NCBI GenBank assembly: GCA_020722185.1
Contig: DYLH01000004.1
Coordinates: 7,882 to 64,202, forward strand
DNA length: 56,321 nucleotides
DNA from: Candidatus Avelusimicrobium gallicola
Lineage (GTDB): Bacteria > Elusimicrobiota > Elusimicrobia > Elusimicrobiales > UBA9959
Reading direction: 5' to 3'
The notes below the pieces were generated by a model. That model saw nothing but the letters and a program-made list of their open reading frames with translations. It did no database searches and was not told the origin of the DNA. Position 1 is the stretch's first letter. Every line of letters begins with the position of its first letter. Shown here one piece after another: positions 46,823 through 56,321 of the stretch. Position numbers and translations under genes: made by a program.

Positions 46823-47866
46823 TCAAGCTAAAAAATGAAGCGCAATAAAATAGACGATCATAAAAGCAAGTCCGTAAGGCAGTCCTATTTTCGCCCATTC
46901 TTTGGATTTTATGTTAAGTTTTGAGGCGCATATTATATTCGGTATATTTCCGGGTATAAGCATGCCTCCAGAAATTATAAGCCCCATTAATATAAAGGTT
47001 ATCTGTCTGTCTGATAAAATGGGAGATATTTCCGCTGCTGCAAGTGTGGCATTATCCAAGACAGACGAAATAGAATTAACCCAAAACAGGGCTTCTACAG
47101 GTATACTGGATATAAATCTGGATGTAAGAGGGGAAATCCCAGCGCCCAAAAATATAAGTGCCATTACAAATAAGAAAACCTTAAATGTTCTAAAAAAAAT
47201 CGTGGAATATGTTTCATGATACTCTTCAGTAAGGCCTTCTTGAGAAGAGATATTGATAGAAGCCTTTCTGGATGCAAGCCAGGAAAATAGAAATATGCCC
47301 GGTATCACGTATTCAAAAAAGTTTTTAAACAAATAAAAAAAATCTGCATTATGGGGTTCCCCTTTGAGTTTTGAGACTATTATGGTCGACAGTGGCTCTC
47401 CAAGCGGTGTCAGGACAGCTCCCATGCCAATTGAAAAGCAGGCGAAAACTATCAACTTTATTTCAAATTCTCTTTTGAATTTTAAAATGCCAACTATTTC
47501 TGAGAGTATTATAGCCGAAATAATAGCTGTTATCACGCTTGAAAAAAATCCAAGGAGTAATACGGTCAAAAATACTATTTTCTCAGGAGAGAGTTTTTTC
47601 CCGAGTTTTTTTATAAATGGAGCGATTTTTTTTCTTAAATGCTTGAATATTATCCCCATCACGAGAACTGATGCAGTTATTGGCAAAGGCTCTTTTATGG
47701 CCTCAAGTAAAAGATGAGCGGACCATGCTCTGGAAATTGAGACTGCCAACACTCCCATTAAGAAAAGAAAGATTTCTATCTCTTCTTCTATAATCTTTAC
47801 TGAAAAAGGCAGAATAAGAGTAAGAAGCAGAACAAGAGTTAATCCAAGTAGAGGAATATATTCCAT
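46823..47866 (-). CDS. DUF1646-like multi-pass membrane protein (putative transporter)
   Basis: LTPLGEPLSTI, SVLDNATLAAAE, SGGMLIPGNIPNII. Confidence 0.8.
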   Translation of the reverse strand: MEYIPLLGLTLVLLLTLILPFSVKIIEEEIEIFLFLMGVLAVSISRAWSAHLLLEAIKEPLPITASVLVMGIIFKHLRKKIAPFIKKLGKKLSPEKIVFLTVLLLGFFSSVITAIISAIILSEIVGILKFKREFEIKLIVFACFSIGMGAVLTPLGEPLSTIIVSKLKGEPHNADFFYLFKNFFEYVIPGIFLFSWLASRKASINISSQEGLTEEYHETYSTIFFRTFKVFLFVMALIFLGAGISPLTSRFISSIPVEALFWVNSISSVLDNATLAAAEISPILSDRQITFILMGLIISGGMLIPGNIPNIICASKLNIKSKEWAKIGLPYGLAFMIVYFIALHFLA

Positions 47867-47927
47867 ATTTTCTGTGTATCAATTTCAATTTGCTACAATA
47901 ATTATTGTATTACTTTTGCAAAAAAAT

Positions 47928-48854
47928 ATGAATAGCAAACTAAAAAAGCCAATTGGACTTTTTCTCTGTGGCGGTGGCGCTTTTGGAAGCTTTCAGTCTG
48001 GAGTTATAAAAAAATTGGCTGAAAATGGCTTTGAAGCAGATGTGGTGGCGGGATTCAGCATAGGGGCGCTGAACGGAGCCGCATGGTGCTTTGACAAGGT
48101 CTCTCAGCTTAAAAATATATGGGAAAAAGTAGACAACTCTGCCATCTTTAAATTTTCTCCCTCATATCATAATATGCCCATAGAGTTGTATAAAACATAC
48201 CCTCAGGATGGACTGTTTAGTTATTTTAAGTCCAAAATAGAAGATAAAATTTCCAGGATGACATTATTTTCAAACAAGCCGGTTTATTCTATTCTCTACA
48301 ATTGGCTTGGAAGACATGAGCTCATTTTCAATAAGAAAATCACTTTCCACGTCATAACCCATTGTGTTGAAAGGAAAATGCCATACATGATAAGCTATGA
48401 GGGAAAAACTTCAGACGCAAAAGTAAATTTCATAGACGCTCTTGTCGCCAGCTCTTCTATCCCAACTGTTTTCCCGCCTGTCAAAATAAAAGAGAGAGGT
48501 GAGACGCTTCATCTCGTCGATGGGGGGGCTATAGGAGTAGCTACGGTAAATTTGAATATGTTTGATGGGTGTAAAAGCATTGTAATGGTAAGCAACTCCT
48601 CGGATTATGACTTGAATTACGAGAAGAAAGGTTTCCTTGGTTATTTTGAGAGCAGAGTTAGGCGTACTCTGGCTTTGCATGTCCAAAAGATATATGAATC
48701 TCAGGTTTTCGTGAGTTCCTCTCCTAAAGTTTACATCATAAAGCCTTTGCTTTCTCTCGATTCTGGAATAATAGATTTTACTCCATCTGTTTGTCTTAAG
48801 CATTTTCACTATGGAGAAGAGTGCGCCTTGAAATTTTTGAAGGAAATTGAATGA
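47928..48854 (+). CDS. Patatin-like phospholipase
   Basis: CGGGAFG, GFSIG (GxSxG), SSSIP..FP, DGG. Confidence 0.88.
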   Translation: MNSKLKKPIGLFLCGGGAFGSFQSGVIKKLAENGFEADVVAGFSIGALNGAAWCFDKVSQLKNIWEKVDNSAIFKFSPSYHNMPIELYKTYPQDGLFSYFKSKIEDKISRMTLFSNKPVYSILYNWLGRHELIFNKKITFHVITHCVERKMPYMISYEGKTSDAKVNFIDALVASSSIPTVFPPVKIKERGETLHLVDGGAIGVATVNLNMFDGCKSIVMVSNSSDYDLNYEKKGFLGYFESRVRRTLALHVQKIYESQVFVSSSPKVYIIKPLLSLDSGIIDFTPSVCLKHFHYGEECALKFLKEIE

Positions 48855-49684
48855 TTCATATCACGACAATAGGTTATTTTTTTCTTGTAGTCTTTGGCGC
48901 TTTTATAGGATTGCTAGGCTCTGTTATGGGGGTAGGCGGCGGAGTTTTCATAGTTCCGCTTCTAGTGCTTGTTTTCAATATACCTATACAGAATGCCATA
49001 GCTGTATCTCTCATATCAATAATAGCCACATCTTCTGCTGTGGCTTCTGTGAATGTGGAGAAAGGGCTGGCAAATGTGAGACTTGGGATAGTTATGGAAT
49101 TGACTATGGCTGCTGGCTCAATAGCCGGAGCTCTTCTGATGAGCCATTTGCCAACAAAGATAGTTTCTTTAGCTTTTTCTATCTTTCTTTTCCCTGTGTC
49201 CGCATCGATGTATCTTAAATCCAGAAAGAAAATTGTCGTAAGTAATTTTAAGCAAGAAAGAACTTCGCCAATAGGCGGCACCTTTTTTGATCCAGCATCT
49301 GGTCAAAATATTTCATATAAAGCAGAGAGAATGCCTCTGGCAATTTTATTTTCCTTTTTTGCCGGGGCTTTGTCAGGTTTGCTTGGACTTGGCGGAGGCG
49401 TAGTGCAGGTGCCAGTGATGAATATACTCTGTAAAATACCTATAAAAGCCGCAGCCGCCACAAGCAATTTTATGATAGGTGTTTCAGCCGCGGCAAGCGC
49501 GCTTATTTTCTACAAGAAGGGATATGTAATATCGGACATATCTTTTTATGTATCTTTGGGCACATTATTTGGCTCTTTTCTTGGGATGAAATTTCTCTAC
49601 AAAGCTAAATCGGAAAAGATACAGACGCTTTTTTCCGTATTGATTTTTATTGTGGCCATAAGAATGATTTTTAAAAGTTTATGA
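48851..49684 (+). CDS. TauE/SafE sulfite exporter family protein
   Basis: GVGGGVFIVP and GLGGGVVQVP repeats, ATSNFMIG. Confidence 0.9.
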   Translation: MIHITTIGYFFLVVFGAFIGLLGSVMGVGGGVFIVPLLVLVFNIPIQNAIAVSLISIIATSSAVASVNVEKGLANVRLGIVMELTMAAGSIAGALLMSHLPTKIVSLAFSIFLFPVSASMYLKSRKKIVVSNFKQERTSPIGGTFFDPASGQNISYKAERMPLAILFSFFAGALSGLLGLGGGVVQVPVMNILCKIPIKAAAATSNFMIGVSAAASALIFYKKGYVISDISFYVSLGTLFGSFLGMKFLYKAKSEKIQTLFSVLIFIVAIRMIFKSL

Positions 49685-49944
49685 AAGAAAAGGAAGAAAA
49701 AAAATTTTTAAAAAGCATCCAGATGTCTTTAAGAGTTGGATTGATTGTCTTTTTTATCCTTTCTTCTCTGGGCTTAATTTTTAAAAACGGCTTTTTGCTT
49801 TCATATGGAATAATAGCCCTTGTGTTTACGCCAATAATGAGAGTTATAATGCTGTGTTTTGGCTTTTACAGACTCAAAGAATACTACATGGCTCTTGCCT
49901 CTTTTGGTGTCTTGGTTTTGATGACAATTTCTCTTTTGATATAA
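49681..49944 (+). CDS. DUF1634-like small membrane protein
   Basis: GII.L..TPIMRV motif; follows TauE with an ATGA overlap. Confidence 0.7.
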   Translation: MKEKEEKKFLKSIQMSLRVGLIVFFILSSLGLIFKNGFLLSYGIIALVFTPIMRVIMLCFGFYRLKEYYMALASFGVLVLMTISLLI

Positions 49945-49961
49945 TCAAAAAAGGAGAAAAT

Positions 49962-50954
49962 ATGAAAAACGATTATACAGCTATAATACCTGTAGCGGGA
50001 ACCGGGACAAGACTTCGTCCTCACACATATACATATCCAAAAGTTCTTTTAACTGTAGGAGATAAGCCCATACTTGGGCATATACTTGATCGTCTGAAAA
50101 AAGAAGGGTTTAAAAAGATATGCCTTGTTATAGGTTATCTTGGAGAAAAAGTAAGGGAATACGTTTCAAACAATTATCCTGACTTTAAGGTAAATTATGT
50201 TTTGCAAGAAGAACAGCGCGGACTTGGTCATGCCATATGGCTTACTCGCTCTGTGGTAAGCGGCCCTGTTTTTATAATACTTGGAGATACAATAATAGAG
50301 GCTGATATCCCAGAATTTCTAAAAGGAGATTTTGATAAGATAGGTGTAAAAAAGGTTGAGGATCCAAGAAGATTTGGCGTTGTTATAGAAAAAAAAGGTT
50401 TTGTGAAATATATGGTTGAAAAGCCGGAGAAATTTGTTTCAGATCTTGCTATAGTTGGGCTTTATTCATTTAAAAACTCTTCCATTCTTTTTTCAAGCCT
50501 CGAAAAGTTGGCAAAAAGCGGTAAAACCACAAAAGGGGAAATGCAACTGACAGATGCAATGTCAATAATGATAAAGGAAGGGCATAAAATAAAAACAGTT
50601 CATACGGAAGGCTGGTTTGATTGCGGTAAACCAGAAACTTTGCTTGAGACCAATAGGCATATACTTTCTTGCAAAAAAAATCTTAAGGTCCAGACTGGCC
50701 CTTTTATGGTAATAAAACCTGTTTATATTTCACCTACAGCCAAAATATCAAACTCTATAATAGGTCCAAATGTATCCGTGGGGGATAATGTAGTTATAGA
50801 CAACTCAATAATATCTGATTCCATAATAAATGAGAACGCTTTTATAAAAAACGGAAATCTGGATAAGTCCTTAATCGGTCCATCTGCTTCTGTCACTGGA
50901 AGAGTAGACAGTATAAACATAGGCGAAAATTCTGAAATAAAACTAAGTGAATGA
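49962..50954 (+). CDS. Sugar-phosphate nucleotidyltransferase (glucose-1-phosphate thymidylyltransferase-like, long form)
   Basis: PVAGTGTRLRPHT...PK, GLGHA, EKP, EMQLTDA, WFDCG, hexapeptide-repeat tail; AAGGAG RBS. Confidence 0.88.
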   Translation: MKNDYTAIIPVAGTGTRLRPHTYTYPKVLLTVGDKPILGHILDRLKKEGFKKICLVIGYLGEKVREYVSNNYPDFKVNYVLQEEQRGLGHAIWLTRSVVSGPVFIILGDTIIEADIPEFLKGDFDKIGVKKVEDPRRFGVVIEKKGFVKYMVEKPEKFVSDLAIVGLYSFKNSSILFSSLEKLAKSGKTTKGEMQLTDAMSIMIKEGHKIKTVHTEGWFDCGKPETLLETNRHILSCKKNLKVQTGPFMVIKPVYISPTAKISNSIIGPNVSVGDNVVIDNSIISDSIINENAFIKNGNLDKSLIGPSASVTGRVDSINIGENSEIKLSE

Positions 50955-50994
50955 TTTAGGTTTCTAACTTTAAGGTTTGTCTGTTATTTTTCTC

Positions 50995-51816
50995 TTAACT
51001 CTTTGCTCTTCTATTTTTATTGTATGGACAAACTTCCTGACATATATCGCATCCATATCTCTTCTCGCACAAAGTCATTATCTCATATGGAGGGGGAGTT
51101 TTTGTCTTATGAGTTGTCCAATAAGAAATACATCTAACTGGATTCATTCTATATTCAGACAAAGCAGATGTGGGGCAGGCTCTGATACATAGCGTGCAAT
51201 CTTTGCAAAGACTCTCAGTTTTTAGAGGTTCTATTCCTTCGTCGATATTTAACATAGCGCCGCCTATAAAAAAATATGAACCAAGATTTTTATTTATCGC
51301 CAGAGTGTTTTTCCCTTGAAAAGCGAGCCCTGCTTTTTGAACTAAATCTTTTTCAAATACAGGAGAAGAGTCCACAAAAATTTTCCATTTTAGTTCTGGC
51401 ATAATCTTTGCTGATTCTTCAAGCGCTTTTTTTAAGGCTTCCTTTATCGATATGTGATAATCCCCACAAAGAGCAAAGCGCGCTATTTGAAATTTTTTAT
51501 TTTTCAGAAAGTCTGGAGGTTTCCTTCCTTTCTCAACTAAATATGAATAAGGATCATTTATTGAATCATTTATTTTTTTGTGATCCTTTGAATTGTCCCA
51601 ATATGGGAAAATAGCTAGAAGAATACTTTTGGCTTGATTAAACCATATCTTTGGATTTGCTCTCTCTAGAGCTCTATTTTTAAGATAAAGCATAGTGTCA
51701 GGGTATGATTCTACAATTTGAGCAAATTTGGATATATCATTTTCCGTGAGCTTTACTATCTGCGCTTCTTCTGCTCCAAAAGATTTAACATTTTTGATTA
51801 TTTCTTCTCGTATCAA
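50995..51816 (-). CDS. queG: Epoxyqueuosine reductase
   Basis: ARFA...DYH, VDSSPV.EK, GKN, CKDCTLCIRACPT, CISY.T, GCDICQEVCP.N. Confidence 0.88.
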   Translation of the reverse strand: MIREEIIKNVKSFGAEEAQIVKLTENDISKFAQIVESYPDTMLYLKNRALERANPKIWFNQAKSILLAIFPYWDNSKDHKKINDSINDPYSYLVEKGRKPPDFLKNKKFQIARFALCGDYHISIKEALKKALEESAKIMPELKWKIFVDSSPVFEKDLVQKAGLAFQGKNTLAINKNLGSYFFIGGAMLNIDEGIEPLKTESLCKDCTLCIRACPTSALSEYRMNPVRCISYWTTHKTKTPPPYEIMTLCEKRYGCDICQEVCPYNKNRRAKS

Positions 51817-52340
51817 ATCTTTTCCCTCACAAGTCTTGAGATATCCCTTGCCATTTGATCAATATCCATTTTTTTGCCAGTAATTTGATATACAGATATT
51901 GCCGGGCATATTTTGGGAGGGTCATTGTTCACATTTAGCCCTATGCCTATAAATAATCTGTAATATTCAGATTGCTTTATAGACTCTATCAGTATCCCGC
52001 AAATTTTCTTATCTTCTCCTTTCGCTTTAACCATAAGATCATTTGGCTCTTTTATCTTAGAGTATATTCCTTTTTTAGCCAAGTATTCTTTGACAATTTC
52101 TGCTGTCTTGACACTTAATGTGGGAAGTTCATTTATGGATATTTTCCTTTTCAAAGATAAGGTCATATAAAGCCCACCTTCTTTGGATATCCATCTAGTT
52201 CCCCTCCTGCCATATCCAGCGCTCTGAACAATAGCCTGAACGGAAAAATCTCCATAAATTTTGTCAGCAATTTCCTTTGCAAGCTCCTGAGTTGATGTCG
52301 CTCTCTCTACCTTTATTTCACTAAAAACTTTATCGTTCAT
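51813..52340 (-). CDS. birA: Biotin-protein ligase (monofunctional, no HTH)
   Basis: STQ, Q.AGYGRRG..W.S, PND, KICGIL.E, GIGLNV. Confidence 0.85.
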   Translation of the reverse strand: MNDKVFSEIKVERATSTQELAKEIADKIYGDFSVQAIVQSAGYGRRGTRWISKEGGLYMTLSLKRKISINELPTLSVKTAEIVKEYLAKKGIYSKIKEPNDLMVKAKGEDKKICGILIESIKQSEYYRLFIGIGLNVNNDPPKICPAISVYQITGKKMDIDQMARDISRLVREKI

Positions 52341-53185
52341 TTTTCCTCCACAATCTCCATAGATATATCAGCTGCCTGAACTGAATGTGTAAGCGCCCCT
52401 ATGGAAATAAAGTCGGGACGCAGTGCGGCATATGAAAAAAAATTGGATGAATTTATTCCGCCAGAAAGTTCTATGGATGTTTTTGGACTTATACTCTTTA
52501 TTTTCTTGATAAGTTTTTTTATCGTTTCTGGTTTCATATTGTCTAGCATAAGTATATCTGGTTTTAGCGAAGCAAATAAAATTGCTTTTTTAGTTGTGTC
52601 TGCCTCTATTTCAAGGATTGCTGAAGGTTTCTTTTTTCTAGCTATGGCGATTTTTTCTTTTAACTCTTCGAAATTTTTCATAGCAGCTATATGATTGTCT
52701 TTTATCATAAAAGCGTCATAGAGGCCGAAACGATGATTTTTGCATCCTCCAATTTTTACTGCGTACTTTTCTTCTTCTCGCCACAGTGGAGTTGTCTTCC
52801 TCGTGTCAAGAACCGTAGTTTTTCCACAAGATTTTTGGGCAAATGCTCTAGCGGCAGTGGATATTCCAGTGAAATGTTGTAAAAGATTTAGCGCTGTTCT
52901 TTCAGCAGAAAGAACAGTTCTATCGCTTTTAATTGTCATTATTTTTTCGCCTTTGTAAACATCGCTTCCGTCTTTCTTCAATATTTTTACTTCAGCTTTT
53001 GGATTTAATATCTTGAATACCTCAGCCGCCATTTCTACACCGCATACTCTGCAATGCGACTTGGCTAGAATATAGGCTGAAAACTTCTTACTTGAAGATA
53101 TAAAAATTTCTGTGGTTATATCGCCTGATCCTATGTCTTCTTTAAGAGCCTCTTTTATTTTTTTCTTTAGTTTTTCTTTTGACAT
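52337..53185 (-). CDS. nadC: Nicotinate-nucleotide pyrophosphorylase (carboxylating)
   Basis: EDIGSGDIT, ERTALN, DTRKT, HRFGL, IKDNH, MLDNM, SGGI. Likely start MSKEK at 53185 (GGAGA RBS), overlapping the uvrB 3' end. Confidence 0.93.
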   Translation of the reverse strand: MSKEKLKKKIKEALKEDIGSGDITTEIFISSSKKFSAYILAKSHCRVCGVEMAAEVFKILNPKAEVKILKKDGSDVYKGEKIMTIKSDRTVLSAERTALNLLQHFTGISTAARAFAQKSCGKTTVLDTRKTTPLWREEEKYAVKIGGCKNHRFGLYDAFMIKDNHIAAMKNFEELKEKIAIARKKKPSAILEIEADTTKKAILFASLKPDILMLDNMKPETIKKLIKKIKSISPKTSIELSGGINSSNFFSYAALRPDFISIGALTHSVQAADISMEIVEEK

Positions 53186-55169
53186 TGTTTTCTCCATGTT
53201 TGGATCTCATTTCTTCTATCATTTTTATTTTGTCTCTATAAATGGCAGCCTTTTCAAATTCCAGATTTTCGGCGGCCTCAATCATATTTTGCCTTAATTT
53301 TTCTATTAGAGATTCAATATTTCCGCCAGGCAAAAGAGCTTTTTCAAGTTCATCCACTGATTTTATTTCTTGCTGTCTTTTCAACTCTTCATATGAGGCA
53401 AAAGCTTTCTCAATTGTTTTTGGTTTTATCCCATGCTTTTCATTATATTCAAGCTGAATCTCTCTGCGCTTTTTCATAATGGCGCAAGCATTTTTTATTG
53501 AATTTGTAATGAAATCGGCAAAGAGTAAAACTTTTCCACATTTATTTCTTGCTGCTCTTCCCGCTATTTGAATTAAAGTTGTTTCACTTCTTAAAAAACC
53601 TTCATTGTCCGCGTTCAGTATTGCCACAAGGGATATTTGAGGTATGTCAAGCCCTTCTCTTAAAAGATTTATTCCTACCAGCACATCATATTCTCCCTTT
53701 CTAAATTTATCCAAAATTTCTATTCTTTCCATATTGTCCATATCGGAATGCATATAGGCGGTTTTTATCCCCTTAGATGAGAGATAATCGCTTAAATCTC
53801 TGGCATTTTTCTTTGTGAGAGTAAGAACTAAGGTTCGCTCTTTTTTAGCAGATATTTTCTCTATCCTAGATATTAGTTCTTTTATCTGATTCTTTAGAGG
53901 CAGTATCTCGACTTCTGGATCTGCAAGCCCGGTCGGTCTTATTATCTGTTCAGCTATATTGTCAGCGGCAAGTTTCACTTCATAAGGCGATAAAGTGGCT
54001 GAGACAAATATTGTTTTAGGCCTTATTGCGTCAAATTCTTCATATTTTAGCGGCCTGTTTTCAAGAGCGCTTGGCAGTCTAAATCCAAACTCGACTAAAG
54101 TGTTTTTTCTGCTCTTATCTCCCTCATACATACCCCTTATTTGAGGCACTGTCACGTGAGATTCATCTATGAAAAGCAAAAAATCTTTGGGGAAATAATC
54201 AAGTAGACACAATGGCCTTTGTCCTCGTGGTCTACCTGTCAGATGCATTGAGTAGTTTTCTATGCCGTGGCAAAAACCCGCCTGTCTTAAAAGCTCCATA
54301 TCATAAAGAGTTCTCTGTGACAATCTCTGCGCGAAAACTTCCTGTCCTCTTTCCTTAAACCACGCTACCCTTTCTTTTAACTCGGCCTCTATTGAAACCA
54401 GAGCTTTTTCAAGAGATTCTCTGGATGAAACGAAATGTGTCGCAGGATATACAGAAGCTGATTCCATACTTTTTATCTTAGAGATATTCAGTGGATCCAT
54501 CTGAGAAATGTCTTCAATAATATCTGAGAATGTGATTCTTAAAAAAGTTTCTTCATCTGATGGGAAAATATCTAAAATATTTCCTCTTATGCGAAATTTT
54601 CCTCTCGAAAAATCAACTTCATTTCTTTCATATCTGAGAGAGGAAAGCTTTTCAGTAAGTGTTTTTCTCTCAACTCTGTCTCCACATTTTAAGAAAAGAA
54701 CCGAACTGGAAAAATCCTCCGGCGAACCTATATTGTAAATACAAGAAACGCTTGCCACAACTATTGTGTCTGTGAAATTAAGTATGGAAGAAGTTGCTTT
54801 AAGTCTCAATCTGTCTATTTGCTGATTTATAGAGGCGTCTTTTTCTATATATGTGTCTGTTTGGGGTATGTATGCCTCTGGCTGATAGTAGTCATAGTAT
54901 GATATGAAATATTCCACATGGTTTTCTGGAAAAAAGGTTTTAAACTCTCCATATAGCTGCGCAGCTAAAACTTTGTTTGGAGAAATGATCAATGAAGGTC
55001 TATTTAGTTTGGCTATTACATTTGCCATTGTAAAAGTTTTCCCTGAGCCGGTTACCCCCAATAATGCATTGTTCTGTTGTCCTGAACGAATTGAGTCTAT
55101 TAGTTTTTTTATGGCTTTAGGCTGATCTCCTGCTGGATTAAAAGGAGATATGAGTTTGAATTTTTCCAT
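53142..55169 (-). CDS. uvrB: Excinuclease ABC subunit B
   Basis: GVTGSGKT, YYDYYQPEAY, DESH, GRAARN, C-terminal UVR 'LEFEKAA..RD'. Confidence 0.97.
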   Translation of the reverse strand: MEKFKLISPFNPAGDQPKAIKKLIDSIRSGQQNNALLGVTGSGKTFTMANVIAKLNRPSLIISPNKVLAAQLYGEFKTFFPENHVEYFISYYDYYQPEAYIPQTDTYIEKDASINQQIDRLRLKATSSILNFTDTIVVASVSCIYNIGSPEDFSSSVLFLKCGDRVERKTLTEKLSSLRYERNEVDFSRGKFRIRGNILDIFPSDEETFLRITFSDIIEDISQMDPLNISKIKSMESASVYPATHFVSSRESLEKALVSIEAELKERVAWFKERGQEVFAQRLSQRTLYDMELLRQAGFCHGIENYSMHLTGRPRGQRPLCLLDYFPKDFLLFIDESHVTVPQIRGMYEGDKSRKNTLVEFGFRLPSALENRPLKYEEFDAIRPKTIFVSATLSPYEVKLAADNIAEQIIRPTGLADPEVEILPLKNQIKELISRIEKISAKKERTLVLTLTKKNARDLSDYLSSKGIKTAYMHSDMDNMERIEILDKFRKGEYDVLVGINLLREGLDIPQISLVAILNADNEGFLRSETTLIQIAGRAARNKCGKVLLFADFITNSIKNACAIMKKRREIQLEYNEKHGIKPKTIEKAFASYEELKRQQEIKSVDELEKALLPGGNIESLIEKLRQNMIEAAENLEFEKAAIYRDKIKMIEEMRSKHGENNVKRKTKEKNKRGS

Positions 55170-55212
55170 GGTTAAAAGAGTTCAAATTGTCCTATGCGTG
55201 GTTAAAAGAAAA

Positions 55213-56115
55213 CTATTCTATGATGTCTTTTAAAAATCCTTTGTGTTTTTTGATAAGATATTTTGCCTTTTTTAAATCAACTGATAGCTTCTGCATGACT
55301 ATGGCCTCTTTGACATTGTAAGATGTTTTTTTAAGCAGAGCTCTCGCTTCTTCCGGGCTTATATCGCAAATTTGGGCGGTTATCCTCTCACATCTCATTT
55401 GCAATTTGAGAGAAGTTTTCTTGACATCCACCATCCAATTTTTATAGACCTTGCCTGAAATCACCATAGCTGATGTCGTAAGCATATTTAAAATAAGTTT
55501 TGTTGCTGTTCCACTTTTCATCCTGGTTGACCCATTTATTGGTTCTGGCCCGATATCAACCGCTATTCTTACTGTGGCGTTTTTAGGATTACTTTTTTTG
55601 TTGCAGGTTACAAATATGGATTTTGCGCCTATCTCGCGCGCGGCATCTACAGCGCCCTGAACATAGGGGGTTATTCCACTTGCGGCTATGCCTATCACAG
55701 TGTCACCCCTTGCGGCTTTTTCCTTGATTTGTTTATACCCGTCTTCATATACATCTTCGGCGCCTTCTCTGGATAAAAACACTGCTGAATGTCCTCCAGC
55801 CATTATTGCCACAAATTGTGATGGGGACACTCCATAAGTGGGGGGAAGTTCTGCCGCTTCAAGCACTCCCAGCCTGCCGCTTGTCCCAGCGCCTATAAAA
55901 AAAACCTTTTTGCCTGATAAAAAAGTTTTGGATATAATCTTTGCTCCGCGGGCTATACTGGACAATTCCTCAGAGATAGCCTTTGGAACCAATGTGTCTT
56001 CATGATTGAGTTTTTTTAAAACTTCAAGGAGTGAAACTCTGTCAATATCTATTGTAGATGAATTTATTTTTTCAGTTGGAAGTGATGCGTAAAGATTAAA
56101 TTTATTTTTGCTCAT
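55213..56115 (-). CDS. murQ: N-acetylmuramic acid 6-phosphate etherase
   Basis: TE..N, GAGTSGRLG.L.A.E.PPT, EGAED, GSTRMKSGTA.K, N.MVDV. Confidence 0.95.
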   Translation of the reverse strand: MSKNKFNLYASLPTEKINSSTIDIDRVSLLEVLKKLNHEDTLVPKAISEELSSIARGAKIISKTFLSGKKVFFIGAGTSGRLGVLEAAELPPTYGVSPSQFVAIMAGGHSAVFLSREGAEDVYEDGYKQIKEKAARGDTVIGIAASGITPYVQGAVDAAREIGAKSIFVTCNKKSNPKNATVRIAVDIGPEPINGSTRMKSGTATKLILNMLTTSAMVISGKVYKNWMVDVKKTSLKLQMRCERITAQICDISPEEARALLKKTSYNVKEAIVMQKLSVDLKKAKYLIKKHKGFLKDIIE

Positions 56116-56321
56116 TATTTTCTCCGTATGTAATTGTCGATAAGTTTACCGTCTGAGTTGAAACTGTTGGGTCATAATCTATAAGTTCTGGAATTCTGGG
56201 ATTTTCTGTCCAGCCAAGTATTCTAGCTATTTCTGAGATCCTTAAATCATAGGGACCATTAATACCTTCTTCCACTATGGAGAACACATTTTCTTTACCA
56301 CATGAAAATCTGGCTATATCA
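56102..56321 (-). CDS. C-terminal end of a hypothetical protein entering from the right edge
   Basis: The frame is open from the window edge (…DIARFSCGKENVFSIVEEG…ENNEQK*) and overlaps the murQ start. Confidence 0.6.
   Translation of the reverse strand, partial: DIARFSCGKENVFSIVEEGINGPYDLRISEIARILGWTENPRIPELIDYDPTVSTQTVNLSTITYGENNEQK

Noticed and set aside
562-55660. Many short ORFs antisense to recognised genes (e.g. 13236-13835, 16776-17414, 21170-21631, 24085-24624, 45888-46430)
   Set aside because: Shadow ORFs with no motifs or RBS, overlapping well-supported genes.
1-56321. CRISPR arrays, rRNA, prophage or recognisable anti-phage defence genes
   Set aside because: No spaced repeats, rRNA-like tracts or phage genes were seen. 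The patatin lacks CBASS or other defence neighbours.

Overview
AT-rich, gene-dense bacterial chromosome segment using genetic code 11 (TGA is a stop, e.g. cydA). It comes from a diderm organism. The gene style (two AsmA-like proteins, a PorV/FadL-like barrel-LysM fusion, stand-alone receivers) suggests Elusimicrobiota, but that is inference. Most of the window is housekeeping or metabolic: gcvT-H-PA-PB plus a lipoate ligase, lpdA, xth, cydAB, nth, pyrE, an rlmI-like methyltransferase, tRNA-Phe(GAA), tryptophanase, GlcD/E-GlcF, queG, birA, nadC, uvrB and murQ. Features absent from the ORF track: a secreted-protein gene running off the left edge, two fused IS right-end remnants (IS481-like and IS256-like, 3415-3683), a decayed zinc-ribbon gene with an in-frame TGA upstream of gcvT, and several structured or palindromic intergenic elements. 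The best candidates for undescribed biology are (i) an envelope divergon at 23.4-31 kb (OM barrel-coiled coil-LysM protein, membrane-anchored pseudo-receiver, amidase, output-less GAF-PAS protein, C39-NlpC/P60 double peptidase); (ii) a surface-glycosylation locus in which a radical SAM gene and a GT4 gene overlap head-to-head; (iii) a FecR/barrel/secreted-protein module bounded by IS scars; and (iv) a DUF1646-like transporter sitting directly upstream of tryptophanase. No CRISPR array, rRNA or intact mobile element was seen. All family calls are motif recognition by eye, not database searches.
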